Below, piece after piece: positions 24,646 to 38,600 of a stretch of 64,000 nucleotides of DNA; the stretch's first letter is position 1; every line of letters starts with the position of its first letter. The stretch spans positions 693,015 through 757,014 of the forward strand of contig MU054049.1 in the NCBI GenBank assembly GCA_013239625.1, written 5' to 3'. The translations under genes and the position numbers were made by a program. This DNA is from Lama guanicoe (lineage: Eukaryota). The notes below the pieces were generated by a model that did no database searches, was not told the DNA's origin, and saw only the letters and a program-made list of their open reading frames with translations.

Positions 24646-26299
24646 TAAATAAATAATGTGCTGGTTCAGTAAACGATGTCCATTCAAATAAAAGGTGGTG
24701 GTGGAACTATGTGATACGGAGTGATGTATTATTATGTGGAGAAAGCAAAATACCGCGTGAAGCACATGCTTCCATTTGTATAAGAGGGGCAAGGACACAC
24801 CGGGGTGCCTATTTCTGAAAGGACAAGCAGGACCCGGGGACCCGGGCTTGCTTCAGGGGAGGAGGTGAGGGGCTCAGGACACGAGGCTTGCTTTTCCATA
24901 GGCCCTTTGAAGTGTTTGCGTATGTTATCACAGGCACAGAGCGCTTTCTTGAATAAAAATTGTTTCTTTTCCTTGTTAAGAGAGGTGGTGGCCCCTGGGT
25001 TTGGCCCTGCAGAACTCAGACCTGCCCTGTGCTTTGAGTACTTTTCGTTTAGGAAAATGTCTCAAATGTCCTGCAGTCGGTTTGCGGTCCAAGTTCCCCT
25101 TTGGCCAGCCTAGCCCCACAGCAGTTTCATTTCTCCAAACCAGCATCTCCCTGGGAAATCTTCTTTTGTGGTTCTGGGGATGTTTGCATTTTTAGGGAAT
25201 CCGTGCAGCACCCCATGGGAAAACTGGGGCTGTGATTTTTCTCACAGGGACAATTGCAGAAGTGAAGGAAGGGGCCAGCTGGGGAAGGCTCAGGCCTGGC
25301 CAGAGGGTCCCCTCTGAAGCACAAGGCCGGGCTCTCCCTTCCCTGGCAAGAATTCCACACAACAGCCCCTCTCCTCTGCCTTCAGGACACGTGCCCGCTC
25401 ACTGCTTCCCACTGGGGCTCCTTTTGATTGGCTGAGGGGACCGTTTCAGCCCCACCAGCTAGTCTCCATAGTGGACCCCCTAGGTACTCTGCCCTACTTC
25501 TTGTGCCCAAGATATACCACGTACTTCATGCCTTATTGTCTTTGCACATGCTGTTCCCTTTTCTTGGGATCCCTTCCCCCTTGTGTCCACCTGGAAAACT
25601 CCTACCCATTCATCAAGACCCAGCTCAAATATCCACTTCTCCATCACCTTCCCTAACTGTTCCCCCCTCACCCGCTCCCAGTTTTCCTTCTCCCACTCTC
25701 CCCTCCACAAAAGGTGTTTTGAAGGTCTATCATGTGCCACACACTGAGCCATGAGCTGAGGACACAGCAGTGACAAAACCATGAGTCCCTGCCTCTTGGA
25801 GAAGGCAGCCAAGCTGGGGAGACAGGCTTGAACCATTATCACAGATGCAAAACCACCGTGGGGAGCAAGAGCTAGGGTGGATTCCTGAGGCGGGGTCAGG
25901 GTGGGGGTCAGGGTAGGGGTAGGGGTGGGGTGGGACAGCCTCCCACCCACAGCTCTGCCCACCTGGCTCTGGGCCTGGCCTGACTCGGCCCCCTGCTGTC
26001 TCCTGACCTGCCCGAGAAGCCAGGCCTTAGCAGTAACATGGCACTGCCCAGACTGGAAAACATCACTAACTGTTAGGGCAGTGCCCGCCCACCCCTCACC
26101 TCCATTTTAAAATAACTTTTGTGCAGGAAAAAAAATAAGTTAAAAATAGCAACATATGGAAATGGAACATGCCAGTTTCAGATGAAGAGCTGGTTCTGAA
26201 CTGTTCCAGGGTGGGGAGGGTTGTGGTGGAGGAGGGGTGGGCCTGGCACTTGGAGGTGAGGGGAAAATATGTGATTTATGCTCAGGGACCTGGAAGGAA

Positions 26300-26430
26300 T
26301 GATTATATTACATTATAAAATACTATATTAGCAAATTTATAAAATATTATATAAATCACAGAATATAAGTTATAAAAATAAAAAAATGAAATTTAAAATA
26401 TATATTATATTATAAAAATGGAAAATAAAG
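26300..26430. repeat. AT-rich low-complexity tract
   Basis: Almost only A/T (TATTATATAAA-type units) in a GC-rich neighbourhood. Confidence 0.7.
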
Positions 26431-29400
26431 GAACATTCATTGCCCTAAGAAAGGAAAAGGGAACATTTATGAAGTTCGACTTCCTTACATTCCTTGTACA
26501 CCATTGGACTCAACCCCTCCTATGAATGTGCGCAGGGATATTTATTTCTACCATGTTACAAGCAACGTCAGCTGCAGAGGTAACAAGGGCCCCCAGCTGC
26601 AGCTTTACTGGTCCTGCCGCCCCCACACTGCTTGCAAAGGCGGGCACCCCTCCAAGCGACTCCAGGAAGTCAATGGTCTGATCGTATTACCACCCCTACT
26701 ATGTGCAGGAGAAGCTGGGGCCAGTGGGTGGGTTTCCCAAGCCCTAGGAATCTAGCAAGTGATGGAAGCTTGATTTGCACTGAAGACCCACCCCAGTCTC
26801 CTCCCAGCCCCAGGTTCCCACCCTCCTGGATCTCCCCTTCAAGGCTTCTTGCACCTCTCCTGACCCCTAACGGAGGGCTTCGTCCAGGTGGGCGCTTCGG
26901 CATTTGTTAAACGAATGACTAAAGCACCAGTGGGCTGGCAGGAGCTGTTATTAACTGCGGGGGCCTGGCGCCTTTCCCTACCTCACGTTGCTGCTGAGAA
27001 CGTGTCCCCTAATACCACGTGGTGTCTTAGCCTGGGTTCCCCCGAACCAAAGCCAGAGACCGGGCTTGGGAAGCAGGGCAGGGAACGGAACAGGGAAGCT
27101 GGGACAGCCCACAGGGACACCGGATCCAGCTGGCTGCTGTTTGGGAGCCTGGGGCCTCCACCCTGGTGGTATGGTCAGTGCAGCCTTCCAAAGGGTGTAT
27201 CAGAATTGCCAGCCTGGGGACAAAGGGGGAGAGGTACCGATGGGCTCCAGTCAAGTGCGGTCCCGGGGGCTTTAACTTCCCTCTCCCCATCCCCCAACCC
27301 CTCTTCCCCTGACCCCCCCCCATCTTTCTTTCCTCTACCCCCCTTCCCCTTCCTTCCCTGCAGGTTTGACCAGTGCAGGAGACTTCAGGCAGGCTGGGCC
27401 TGGTCTAGCCTGCATGTGTAGGGAGCCTCTTTCTTTCAGTGAAGCAACAGATACTCCTCAAGACCCTACTGTGTGCATGGCATGCAGGGGAGGGGTAGAG
27501 GGGGTGCCTAAGTAAAGAGGACAAGCAAGGCCCTGCCCTCCTGGAGCTTACTCTTTGGGAAAATGGACAAAGGATGAGGGAGCAAATCAGGGAAGGAGGG
27601 AGCTCAGATGGGGCGACTGCAGCCGAGATGGGGTGGGGTTGCCCATATTGGAAAGGCCTGTCTGAGGGGTCCTTGAGTTGAGAACTAAGTGACTAGAGGG
27701 GCCGGTCCAGGCACAGAGGGTTGGGGGATGGGCAGCAAGTGCAAAGGCCCTGAGGTGGGAAAGGCCCTGAGGTCCTTGGTGTATCTCAATGCCCCCAGTG
27801 GGGCATAAGTGGGTCCAGAGGCAGCTAGGAGATTCTGGCAGGTGTCTGGTGGGGAGAAGCAGTGGCGTGGGTGAAGGCGTGACGATCGCCCGGGTTCAGG
27901 ATGTCTTGGTCTCGGTGGTGATCCAGAGGAAGTGTTAGCACAAAGGTCAGCCTCTGGGGCTCCAAGCCTCTGCCCCTCCCCCACCGGCCCTGGGACATAA
28001 GTGGAGCCAAGGCAGGCATGGTACCCAGTGCCGGTGGGAGAAGGGGGTGTCCTGAGTCCCACCATATCTAGCTCACTGTCTCCAGAAACTGCACATTTTA
28101 GACTAAATTTAGAAAATAAATAAAAATCACTTTGTGACTGTAAGCATCAATTATAAAAATGCCAGTGGCATCCCCTCCCACCCCCCTCACAGCTGATTCC
28201 CACCTCAGGCTCAAGCCCAGCTGCTTGAAAAGCACAGCCCCCAGGATGCTGCTCTGACTCCCTTTTCCTCGCTATTGGCTCCCTGTGCCCAAGCCCCGCA
28301 GTCTGGCATCATGGGGGAAGGCCCGGGCCACGGGGCAGGGGCTGACCATCATCCAAGGTCCCGGATTAGAGCCCTATCATTGACACCAGCCCGTGCCTAC
28401 ATCGCCACCTCTCCCTCTACCGGGAGGACGTTCTTGTTTGTTCCCCGGTGCTGGATGCCGCCCTCCTGGACAAGGGCTTCAGAACCGCTGCCCGGAAGGA
28501 CATTCTACAGTCCTCTCATCACACAACCCACCAGGCACCGGGCTGGGGACGGGGGACACAGAGATGAAGCCCTGGTCCTCAGGGAGCCAGGGGCAAGCAG
28601 GTCAGCCATAGACTGGAAGCAGCCCAAGACGCCAAATTAGCAACAGGAAGGAAGGCTGCCCTTTCCTTCGGGGAGGATGTACTGCCTCTCTACTCTTTCT
28701 TATGGAGATGGAGGTAAGCCCCTTCCCCAGTTCTGCATCACAAAACCTCCCCATCACAGGAACTCTTCCTAGTGGGGGGAAACCCCGATGGCGGCCGGGA
28801 GAGGTGGGGGAAGGGGGTTCATACCGTTTCCGCCTCCCCCGGGGGTGAGTTCAGACCCCCTCCCTGAGGCCAGGTGGCGGCAGTCTCCGCAGAACCTGGC
28901 TGGAGTAGGGGGGCTAAATGAAGAGACTGGGGCTGGGGAAAGTGACCTGCCAAGCAGGGGTTAAGTGACCAGGGCCTAGGGGACTCCAAGCCCATGATCT
29001 ACCCACCCAGTACTGTGCACTCAATCCAGCCGCCTCTGTTCCTTTCTGCCTCCACTAGCCGGCCCCGCGGAGCCACAAAATCTATGCTGGGCACATGAGA
29101 AATTCCTTAATTCGAGGTGGACCCCATGGATCTCTTTCTGATGCTCTTTTCTTCTTTGCATGGTTTCCCCGCATGTGGGCCCACCTCCAGCAGGTGTGTG
29201 AGACCTCAGGGCTCACCCTCTTCTTAAACCAAATTCTTCAGGATTTTTTAAAAAACAATATACTATTTTTATAAATGGCCTCCTTCCTGGATGCCAGGTA
29301 TAAACAACCAGACAAGAAGTCCTGCCAGGGCCAGGATGGAGGTTTAATCTGTTCACTGTTACTCAGCACCACTCCCCAGCACAACTCCAGGAGGCAGCCA

Positions 29401-32400
29401 TTCACATGGTAGTAGAAGTTCCTGGAACCTTCTCGGGGCAGCCATTTAATAATACAGTTTTAATAAATGGCACCCCAGTGGCTGACATTCACACTGTGGT
29501 TTAAGTGCCTTCCCACCTCCTTCCCTGGGGCAGCCATTCTCATTGTAGTCTAAAATGATTGGCGCCCTCTGGAGGCCCCACTCCACACTGCAGCTTCTGT
29601 GAATCCCTCCCCAGCTGGAGTTAACATGGTGGCCTCCATGTTTCCACATTTAAGCCTCAAAGCAACCTTAAGGAAGGTCTTATCTTTCAGCATCTTACAG
29701 AAGAAAACTACCTCAAACTCCCAGCCTGAGGTCAGAGCTGAGATTTTACGCTTCATCTATTTGTTGTCCAGTGCTTTTCCCTTCAGCAGAACTGGCAGGG
29801 CTGGGGAGCAAAACCTCAACCATCCAGCCTCTCCGGGCCTCCTGCCTAACCCAGTCCCACAGCAACCCCCAAACTAGACCTTGTGAATCCCATTTTCCTG
29901 ATGGGGAAACTGAGGCATGAAAATGCCGAGTCTCTTGCCAGAAGTCCTGCAGTCAGTGAGTGACCTGGGCCTGCCTGTCTCAGAGAGGGCCTGCTTCCCA
30001 GGGCTGCCCTGCCTTCCACCAGGATGGTCAGAATCCAGTCCAACTGCCAGGGCTCAAATGCGGGGGTGGCCACCGTCCATACTGAGGTGGGTGTTGTCCT
30101 TTACATGGTGTGCTTCGAGGACCCCCAAACCATCCCTGGGGTGTCAGTCTCTCACCTGACCCTCACTCCAAACAGATCTGCCCTGCCAGGCAGGCCCTCG
30201 TCAAGGGTCACACCCCATGCTGGCTTGTGTAACTGATCACAGGGTGGCCCAGTGTCCCTTGTGAACAGCTGTTAGTAGACACTCCTCAGAGACCTGCAGA
30301 GGACATTTAAAAACCCACCACTGGGGCCTGGCTGGCACAGCTGCTCAAAGAGGGAGCTGCTGGCCTGGCTGCCAAGCCTTTCAGGGCAGCGAGGTCTCCC
30401 TCCAGCCACTCTCAGACACACAGGAAGGCCCACTGCAGGCCCTTCGCCTCGGGCACAGGCTAGGACAGCTAAGCTGCCTCCTTTTGGAGGAATGTCTGAC
30501 TTTCTGTACAACACATGGTGCCATTGGGGGAAAAGAGAAAAACTGAAAAGTCATCAAACACTATGAACAGATGGACCGCACCTGGGGCTCGAGCCACACC
30601 TGGAGGGGCCACAGGAAGGTCTGGCCAGAACATCACTGCCTGGCCGGCAGCTGCGTGAGGGAGGGCCTGGAGGTTAAGTGTAGGGGACACAGCACACGGT
30701 CCCGTTGGCACGGTAAAGGCTCTGAGAGGTCCACCGGCAGAGAAAATCCTCAACTCCACTCAGTTCCGCTCAGCTTCTCCCAGGGACTGTGAAACGCATT
30801 GCCAATGGCAACGCCTGTTAACCTCCTAAGAGGCCCCAAGAATGCGTGTTCCTGAGAAGATGCTGCGGGCGCTGCTGAGGTGGGGAAGAGAAAGGGCACT
30901 ACTGTGCCACATGTCGTGATGGAACAGCATGGACACAGAGGGAGGAAAGGTGCCAGAGCCCTGCCTTCTGCATGCAAACGGCTTCATCCCTGTGGGTCCC
31001 TCCCTGATGCCCCTCCCTCATCTTTGCTCCTGTCCATCCACCCAACTGTCTGTCCGTGAGCAAGCCTGGGTGTGGCCTGATGACGGGCTGGACTAGACCT
31101 GGCCTCCTGGGGAAAGGCTACCGTGAACCGCACAGTCTCATTTACAGAGAGCCGAGTGCCCTCTTGCACTCCCGCCGCCGGCCAGCCTGGCCCAGGATGC
31201 GCTGCAGGCCAGCGTGGGGGACCAGAGCCCATGCCATGCCGGGCCCCACGGGGCCTCGGCTGCCCGGGAGCACCCAGGACGGGGAGAACCCCAGCTCCCC
31301 GCCCGTCAGTCGGGTGGAGGGACGCCCTCCAGCTGAGGCCAGATCGGGATGCCCAGCACAGCAGAGCTTTGTTTCAGCCTCCACCATCCATCGCCGCACA
31401 GACGCTCCCTGAATGGCACTGTTGTGGTATTTTAAGAAGATTCTACAAATAGCACTAACTCAGAATGGGCCTCAGAGCCAGCGCATGAATGCTGCAGGCG
31501 AGGGCGGGCCAGCCTGGGAGCTCGAGCCAGGACAAAGGGGCCTCACAGGGGAGGCAGGGCAGGATGCTGGGTGACCCGGGCCTTTTCCGGGGCTCCATGG
31601 CCTCATTTCCCCCAGACTCACCCAGCGGCACCCCCTCCTCCATTGCCCGGTCCTGGTCAGTGGCTTCTCGGGAGTTTGTTGGGAAAGAGCAATTCCCCAG
31701 CCCCTCTGAATAAAGAAAGGGGCTGCAGCATCCTTTCGGCGCCTGCTTCTCCCAGATTTCCAGGGATTTCACGCACTGATGGTGTCCTGCGGGTCATGGA
31801 GGAGGGGGGCACAGGAAGGAAGGATGTCCTCAGGTTTTCATGAGAAATCACTTTATTACGTAGCCAGAGACCCACAGTCCTAGCAGCCAAAGACCTTTAA
31901 CTAGAATCTTTCCAGAAGAGTCCATTCTTGAGACTTGAAAGACAGCTGAGGGAAGAAACAGCCTGGATTTTGGGGTCATTCAGACCTGACCGGCGACATT
32001 TGGGTGGCCAGGGGCAAACTATTTATCTCTCAGCCTCGATATCTTCATCTCCAAAGCCCACAGTATCCAACGACCCTGGCGGGGAAGGTTGAGGAGTGGG
32101 AGGCAGCGCATGCGCTGTGCTTGGCACCGACAGAGCTCAGCAAACTCAGCCTCTCCTCCCTCCCAGATGAAAGACCGTGTATTTAACGCCATGCATAAAA
32201 CGTTTCTAAACTTGGTGGAGAAACCTGGCAGGCATCAAGGGAACCCCTCTTGACCCTGTGAATCCACAAAAACATCGGGGTTATGGAGTTAACGCAAATG
32301 AGCAAGGCAGGACGGTCGAGGGGGCCCGGGCCTGGGGCAGAGTAGAGACTTAAGGTGACATAAGCCTGTTGTGTCCCGTCTGGTACTTGGAAATGTTGAG

Positions 32401-35209
32401 ACAATGGAGGAAGGATCATTTATGACAGAGCTGCCTGACTGCCCAGAGCATTCTGAGCAGGGGCCATGGCCGAGGGGCTGACTGGACATCCAGCTGTGAG
32501 ACATGGCCTGAAGGCTGGCTCCCCCCGTACCCATGGGCTCCCTCCCCCAACCCTCATCTTGCCTTGAATGACTCTTGAATGTCTGGCCCCTTCCCTCCAT
32601 TCCTCCATTTTGGCGTAAGGAAGGTGTGATAGCCACTCTGTAAGTGGCCCAGCACAGAACCTGCCCTCAATTCATAGGGACTAAACTAGAACGCAGTTAG
32701 GCAGCCTTATTCAGGACCGGACTGGGGCCCCCAGACTCAGAGACTGTGAGCGAGGTCCCCACTGGCCTACTGACATGGTGGGTGGCCTTAGGCAAGTCAT
32801 TTTCTCTTTGGGGAGTGTTTTTTTAAGACTCACCTAGAAAAGGTCAGGCTAGGTGATCTCAGAGGACCTGAGGACCTCCCAAGCTTGCGCCCTCTCAGCC
32901 TGGACATTACATCTCTAAGTCCCCATGTTTTGATCATTAGCAAGATGATAATCAGAGTGGACTCTCTCCTTGACCCTCCTTGGGAAGACTTCACAGGAAA
33001 AGACCTTGCTTGTTCCCGAAAATGGATTGGGGCGAGGTAGGTAGGGGTCTGTTCGCAGGCAGGTGGCCCTGAACATGGCTTCTGGGACCTTGCTAAGTCA
33101 GAGGTACAGGTGTTTCCCTGAGGATCCCAGAGCCTGCTGTTGTGGGGAAGGCAGTGTTTGGTGTTGGTGGGGCTCATCCTACACAAGCCCTTTTTCTCCA
33201 CACCCTCGCCCCCTGGCAATAGCCTGGTGAGGCACTGCTTTCCCAGCCAGGTGACACCGAAGTCCCAAGCCCAGGCACAGCCAGACGCACCGCAGGTCAA
33301 AGTGGGAGAGTCTGGATTTGAACCCAGAGCAACCTGATTCCAAGGCCATTCATGCTGTCGCCCCACCCTGTCCCCATTCTGCACCCCCTTGGAGAGCCCC
33401 CTGGAGGGATGTGGGCCTCTCTGTGTCTGACTCTCCTCAACAGTAAACCGAAGAAGAGGAAATTGCCCAGTCTCAAAGATCTCTCCTTGCTCCCAAGTTC
33501 AGGGCTCTCTGCCTCCAGAAATTTTGGATGCAGGCTGCATGGAGTTCAAAATCCTCAAAAACAGCTATGCAGGGACCAGGATCAATCAGAATCAAAGTGG
33601 GTCCTAAGCCACATCTGGTACTAGGTGGCCAGGTCCTAGAGAGTGGGGAGGCAGAGGGGCCCGGGAAGGCTGGGGGCAGTGACAAGTCACTAAGTGGTAC
33701 GGAAATGTTCCAGCGGTTTACAGACCCCCTCGCTGCTCTGGTGAGCTCCCTCTGAATGTCCACTGTGGCCGCAGACCTCCTGGGCTGGAAGGTATCTGAG
33801 GGCCTGTGGGTTAGGGCCCTGCTTTGGGGAGGCGTGAGAAGGAGGGTGGGGAGCAGGTGTAAAGGGCCCCGCGCCCACTTCTGAGCCACACCTCATGCTC
33901 TGTGCTTGCAGAGACAGTCACATGGTGGTCAGGGCCACTGTGACCTCACTGCTGGTGACAGGGCCTTTCGTAAAAGACCGAACTAAACCCCTGGGATGCC
34001 CAAGCCTGCATGTCCCTGGCGTGTCGAGGTGAGTGCCAACTTGTTAACCATCCCTCCTGCTGCTGGTGCTGCTGGCTCCTGGGTGTCCGCGTGGAATCCT
34101 GTCGTTGGTGGGGACTGAAGCTATCAGCCGCGTGAGCCCTCAGTCTGGGTGAGAGGCTGTGCTCGGGGCAGCGCCCAGCTCCAGGAATGACTCCCATCCC
34201 CCAGATCCAGTGGGGGCCGGATATCAGAGAGGAACCGGCCCGGCTTCATGGCCTGGCTGAAACCACAAAAGAGAAACGGCTGGGTTGAGACTGACTTCTG
34301 ACTTTTTCCAAACTGAATGTGACCCGGGAGTATCCAGTCCCTTTGTTCCGAGTTTCATCAGTAAAGGGCAAATGCTGCTTTTTGTTTTACTCTCACTTGG
34401 GGGTTCTCCACTGCCAGATGTCAAAGTGAACACCTGGCTTGGAGCTGCGTGGTATTAAAATGAAACAGAGTGCCGGTTAGGACTGCAGACTCTGGTGCCA
34501 GACAGCCTGCGTTGGCTTCCCAGTTCTGAGTGGCCTAGGGCAGGAACCTCTATGCCTCAGTTTCCTCGTCTCTAAATGAGACTGATAGCAGAATCCACCT
34601 GAGGCTAAATGAATTCCTATATACAAAGTGCTTAGGACAAGGCTTGGACCCTAGTGAGTGTCACATGTGTTATAATTGCTTTTATTTCAAGAAAACAACA
34701 CTGGCCTCATCATTTTTTAGCCCTACCCTGAGCCTCAAATAACAAATAATAATCATTTCCATGATTGAGCATTTTTCTGTGTGCCAGCAGCCTCATAGAC
34801 AGAGGCCAATTTAAATTTTCCCTTGACACAAGCTGGTGAGGTTGCTAGTATCCCAATTTACAGACAAATGTAGTAGCCCTCTTTGGCTCAGAGAAGTAAA
34901 CTGTCCCCAAGGCTGCACAGACAGTATATGACAAGAGCCAGAATTCAGCACCACGTCTGCCCACCTCCCAGCTGCATGAGCTTACATTTCACACTACCTC
35001 CTTGAGACCAAGTCCTGAGGCACCTTAACTCACCTCCAAGCCACCGCTTAGCATTGGGGTAAAGGTCAGGTAAGAAGGGCAAGGCCTGGACCAGAGAAGA
35101 TCTAAGTACCCGCCCACCTACCTTGGGGTGAATTAGCATCTCAGAAAGTCCCATCCCAGGACATTGTCGCAATTTGACCTGCCTTGCAGCTCCCTGAAAA
35201 AGTCCCATT

Positions 35210-35579
35210 TATAGAGCATTGTCATTATGTGACCTGACTCACTCTGTGGAAAAACCCTATCTGCAGGACATTGTCCAAAAAAAATCAGTGGTAATTCATT
35301 AACATTTCTGCTGCCTTAAACTGTGACACTAATTGGGCCAAATAAGCTCTGGACAAAGGGAAGATCTGGGGATGGAGAAATCTTCTGGGGGCTCTGAACA
35401 GCTCTGATATATTTCTGGAGATCTACAAGGCCGTGTACATGTGTAGAGCTGTGCCAGTGAACAGGAAAGACTAGAGAGGTCTCCACCTCTCACTTCCGGC
35501 TGACTTTGAGTCCCAGTACAAGTAGGAAGTGAAGATTAAGTCACAGTCATGAATTACCTAAGCATTGAAGGTGTGTCCC

Positions 35580-35612
<33 letters not shown>

Positions 35613-38600
35613 AGCAAAGGGTAGCAGACTTATTGGTTAGAGGCACTTAGTGATATCTCTGAAAAATCATTATCTGACCACTAAACAAATCAAGAAGAGA
35701 CTTCAATGGCTGTGTACTACAGATTTTATAAATTTAGTCCAGGAAAGTCACTAAATAAACAGCTACACCAGTAATAACAACAAAAGCAGGGGAAGAAAGG
35801 GAATCTGATTTGCAGAGGTGCCACACTGTATTATGTACAATGTCCACCTTTCAAGAAAAGACTACAAGATACACAAAGAAAGAAGAAAGTATGGCCCATA
35901 CACAAGGGGGGGAAAAAGCAGTCAGTAGAAACCACCCTTGGCCCAGATGTTAGACTTACAAGACAAAGATTTAAAATCAGTTATTATAAATATGTTCAAA
36001 GAAACCATGTCTAAAGAATTAAAGGCAGATATGACTGATATCTCACCAGATAAAGAATATCAATGAAGGGATAGAAATTATAAAAAGAACCAAACAGAAA
36101 TTCTGGAGTTTAATAGTACAGTAACTACAATGAAAAATTCACTATAGCGAATTAAGAGCAGATTTGAGCTGGCAGAAGAAAGAATCAGTAAACCTGAAGA
36201 TAGGTCAACTGAGATTATCCAATATGAAGAGAAAATAGAAAGAAAGAAAAAAAAGAATGAAGAAAAATGAACAGAGTCTTAGAAACCAGTGAGACATCAT
36301 GAAGTGTACCAACATACGTATAATGGGAGTCCTAGAAGGAACGGAAAAAAGCAGGTAGAAAGACTATTTGAAGAAGTAATGGTTGAAAGCTTCCCAAATC
36401 TGTTGAAAACCATTATACATCCAAGAATCTCAATGAACTCCAAATATGATAAACTAAAAGAGATTCATATCCAGACATATCACAGTCAAGCTGTTTAAAG
36501 ACAGAGAATCTTGAAAGAAGCAAAATGATTCATCACATACAAAGTGTGTATAACACTCACTATATAAAACAGTTAACTTCTCATAAAAAAAAAAAAAGGA
36601 AACCAGAAGGTGGTGGGATGACATTGTCCAAATGCTGAAAGAAAAAAAGACTGTCAACCAAGAATTCTATACCCAGAAAAACCATTTTCAAAAACGAAGG
36701 AGAAATTAAAACTTTGCCAGATAAAGAAAATCTGAGAAAATTCAGTTATCTGTCCTATCAGATCAGTACTATAAGAAACTCTAAAGGGAGTCCTTCAGAA
36801 GAAATGAAAGAACATTAGATGATCACTTGGGTCTACAAGAAGAAATTAAAAACACCAAAAAAGATAACTATAGTTAAATATAAAAAACAGTATAAATATA
36901 TTTTTTCTAGCTCTTTTCTTCTATCTGGTTTAAGAGACAACTACATGGAGCAACAAAACTGTGTTAATGGACTTCTAATGCATTAAGATGTAATTATTAT
37001 GGCAATAATGGCATAAAGTGGGGAGAGGGAACAGAGCTCTATTGGAGCAAAGTCTCTGAACACTATTGAAACTAAGGTAGTATTAATCTGCACTGCATTA
37101 AAAGGCTAATTGTAATCCCCAGAACAAACACTAAGATGGTAACTTTAAAAATACTGTAAAGAAACATAAGGAAATTAAAATGGCAAAGTGAAAAATCACA
37201 TAAAAAGGTGGTGGCAGTGAAAGACTAGGACTAAAAAGACATGAGTCATACAGAAAGTAAGCAGCAAAATGGCTGGCATAAATCTACATTACCAGTAATT
37301 ACACTAAATGTAAGTGTATGAAATATTCCAATAATAAAGGCAAAGGCTGACAGAATGGATTTAAAAAACAAACTATATGCCGTCCACAGGAAACACATTT
37401 AGATTTTAAAATACAAATGAATTGAAAGTGAAATAATGGAAAAAGACATACCATGTAAACAATACCCCAAAGAGAGCTAAAGTGGACCAAATATCGAACA
37501 AAACAGACCTTAAGATAAAAATGTTACTGGACACAAACAAAAAGATTTTATAATGAAAAGAGGGTTGATCCAGCATGAATATCTAACAATTGTAAACTGC
37601 CCTTACATAGAGTTCCATAGCTCACGAAGTAAAATTAGAATTGAAGTGAGATTCAACAATTATAGTTGGAGATGTCAGTACTCTGCTTTCAATAATTGAA
37701 CAGCTAGGCAGGAAATCAATGAGGAAACAGAACACTTGAACAACACAATGAACCAAGGAGGTCTAACTTACAGGACATCTCACCCAGCGAGAGTGGAATA
37801 CACACTCTTCACAAGTGCACATGGAATGTTCTCTAGTATAGACCATAAGCTGGATCCTAAAGCAAATCTTAAATATTTAAAAGGATTGAATAAAACCAAA
37901 TATGAAAGTGTATTCACTGACTATAGAGGAATGAAATCAGAAATCAACAGGAAAAGGAAATTTGGAGAATTCATAAATATGTGGAAATTTAACAATCCAC
38001 TCTTACATAACTGAAGAAGAGATCACCACAGTTTTAAGAACATTTTGAGATGAATGGAAATGAAAACACAACATGTCAAAACTTATGGGATGCAGCGTGC
38101 TTAGAAGGAAATCTATAGCTGTAAATGTCCACATTATAAAAGAAGAAAGATGTCAAAGCAATAACCTAATCTTATACCTTAAGAAACTAGAGAAAGAACA
38201 AGCCAAGCCCAAATCAAACAGATGGAAGAAAATAATGAAGATTGGAGGGGAGAAAAGTTAAATAAAGACTAGAAAAACAATAGAGAAAACCAATAAAAAC
38301 AAAAGCTTTGGTTCTTTCAAAAGATTACCACATTTGACAAAATTTAGCTAGACTGACCAAGAAAAAAGAGAAGACTTAAATTACCAAAATCAGGAATGAA
38401 AGAGGGGACATCACTGCCAACCTTGCAAAGATCAAAAGGATTACAAGGGAATAATATGAACAACATTATGCCGAAATTAGATGACTTAGATGTGGAAGAA
38501 AAATTCCTAGGAAGGCATACAGTACCAAAACTGACTCAAGAAGAAACAGAAAACTCTAAGTAAACATTTAACAAGAGATCAAGATAATAACTTAAGCATT

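Noticed and set aside
34943-34960. TTCAGCACCACG, REST/RE1-like
   Set aside because: Left half-site only, with no GGACAG right half, and located at a MIR edge.
36289-38261. L1 ORF fragments as active or domesticated genes
   Set aside because: Many stops and frameshifts plus an internal deletion; a dead element.
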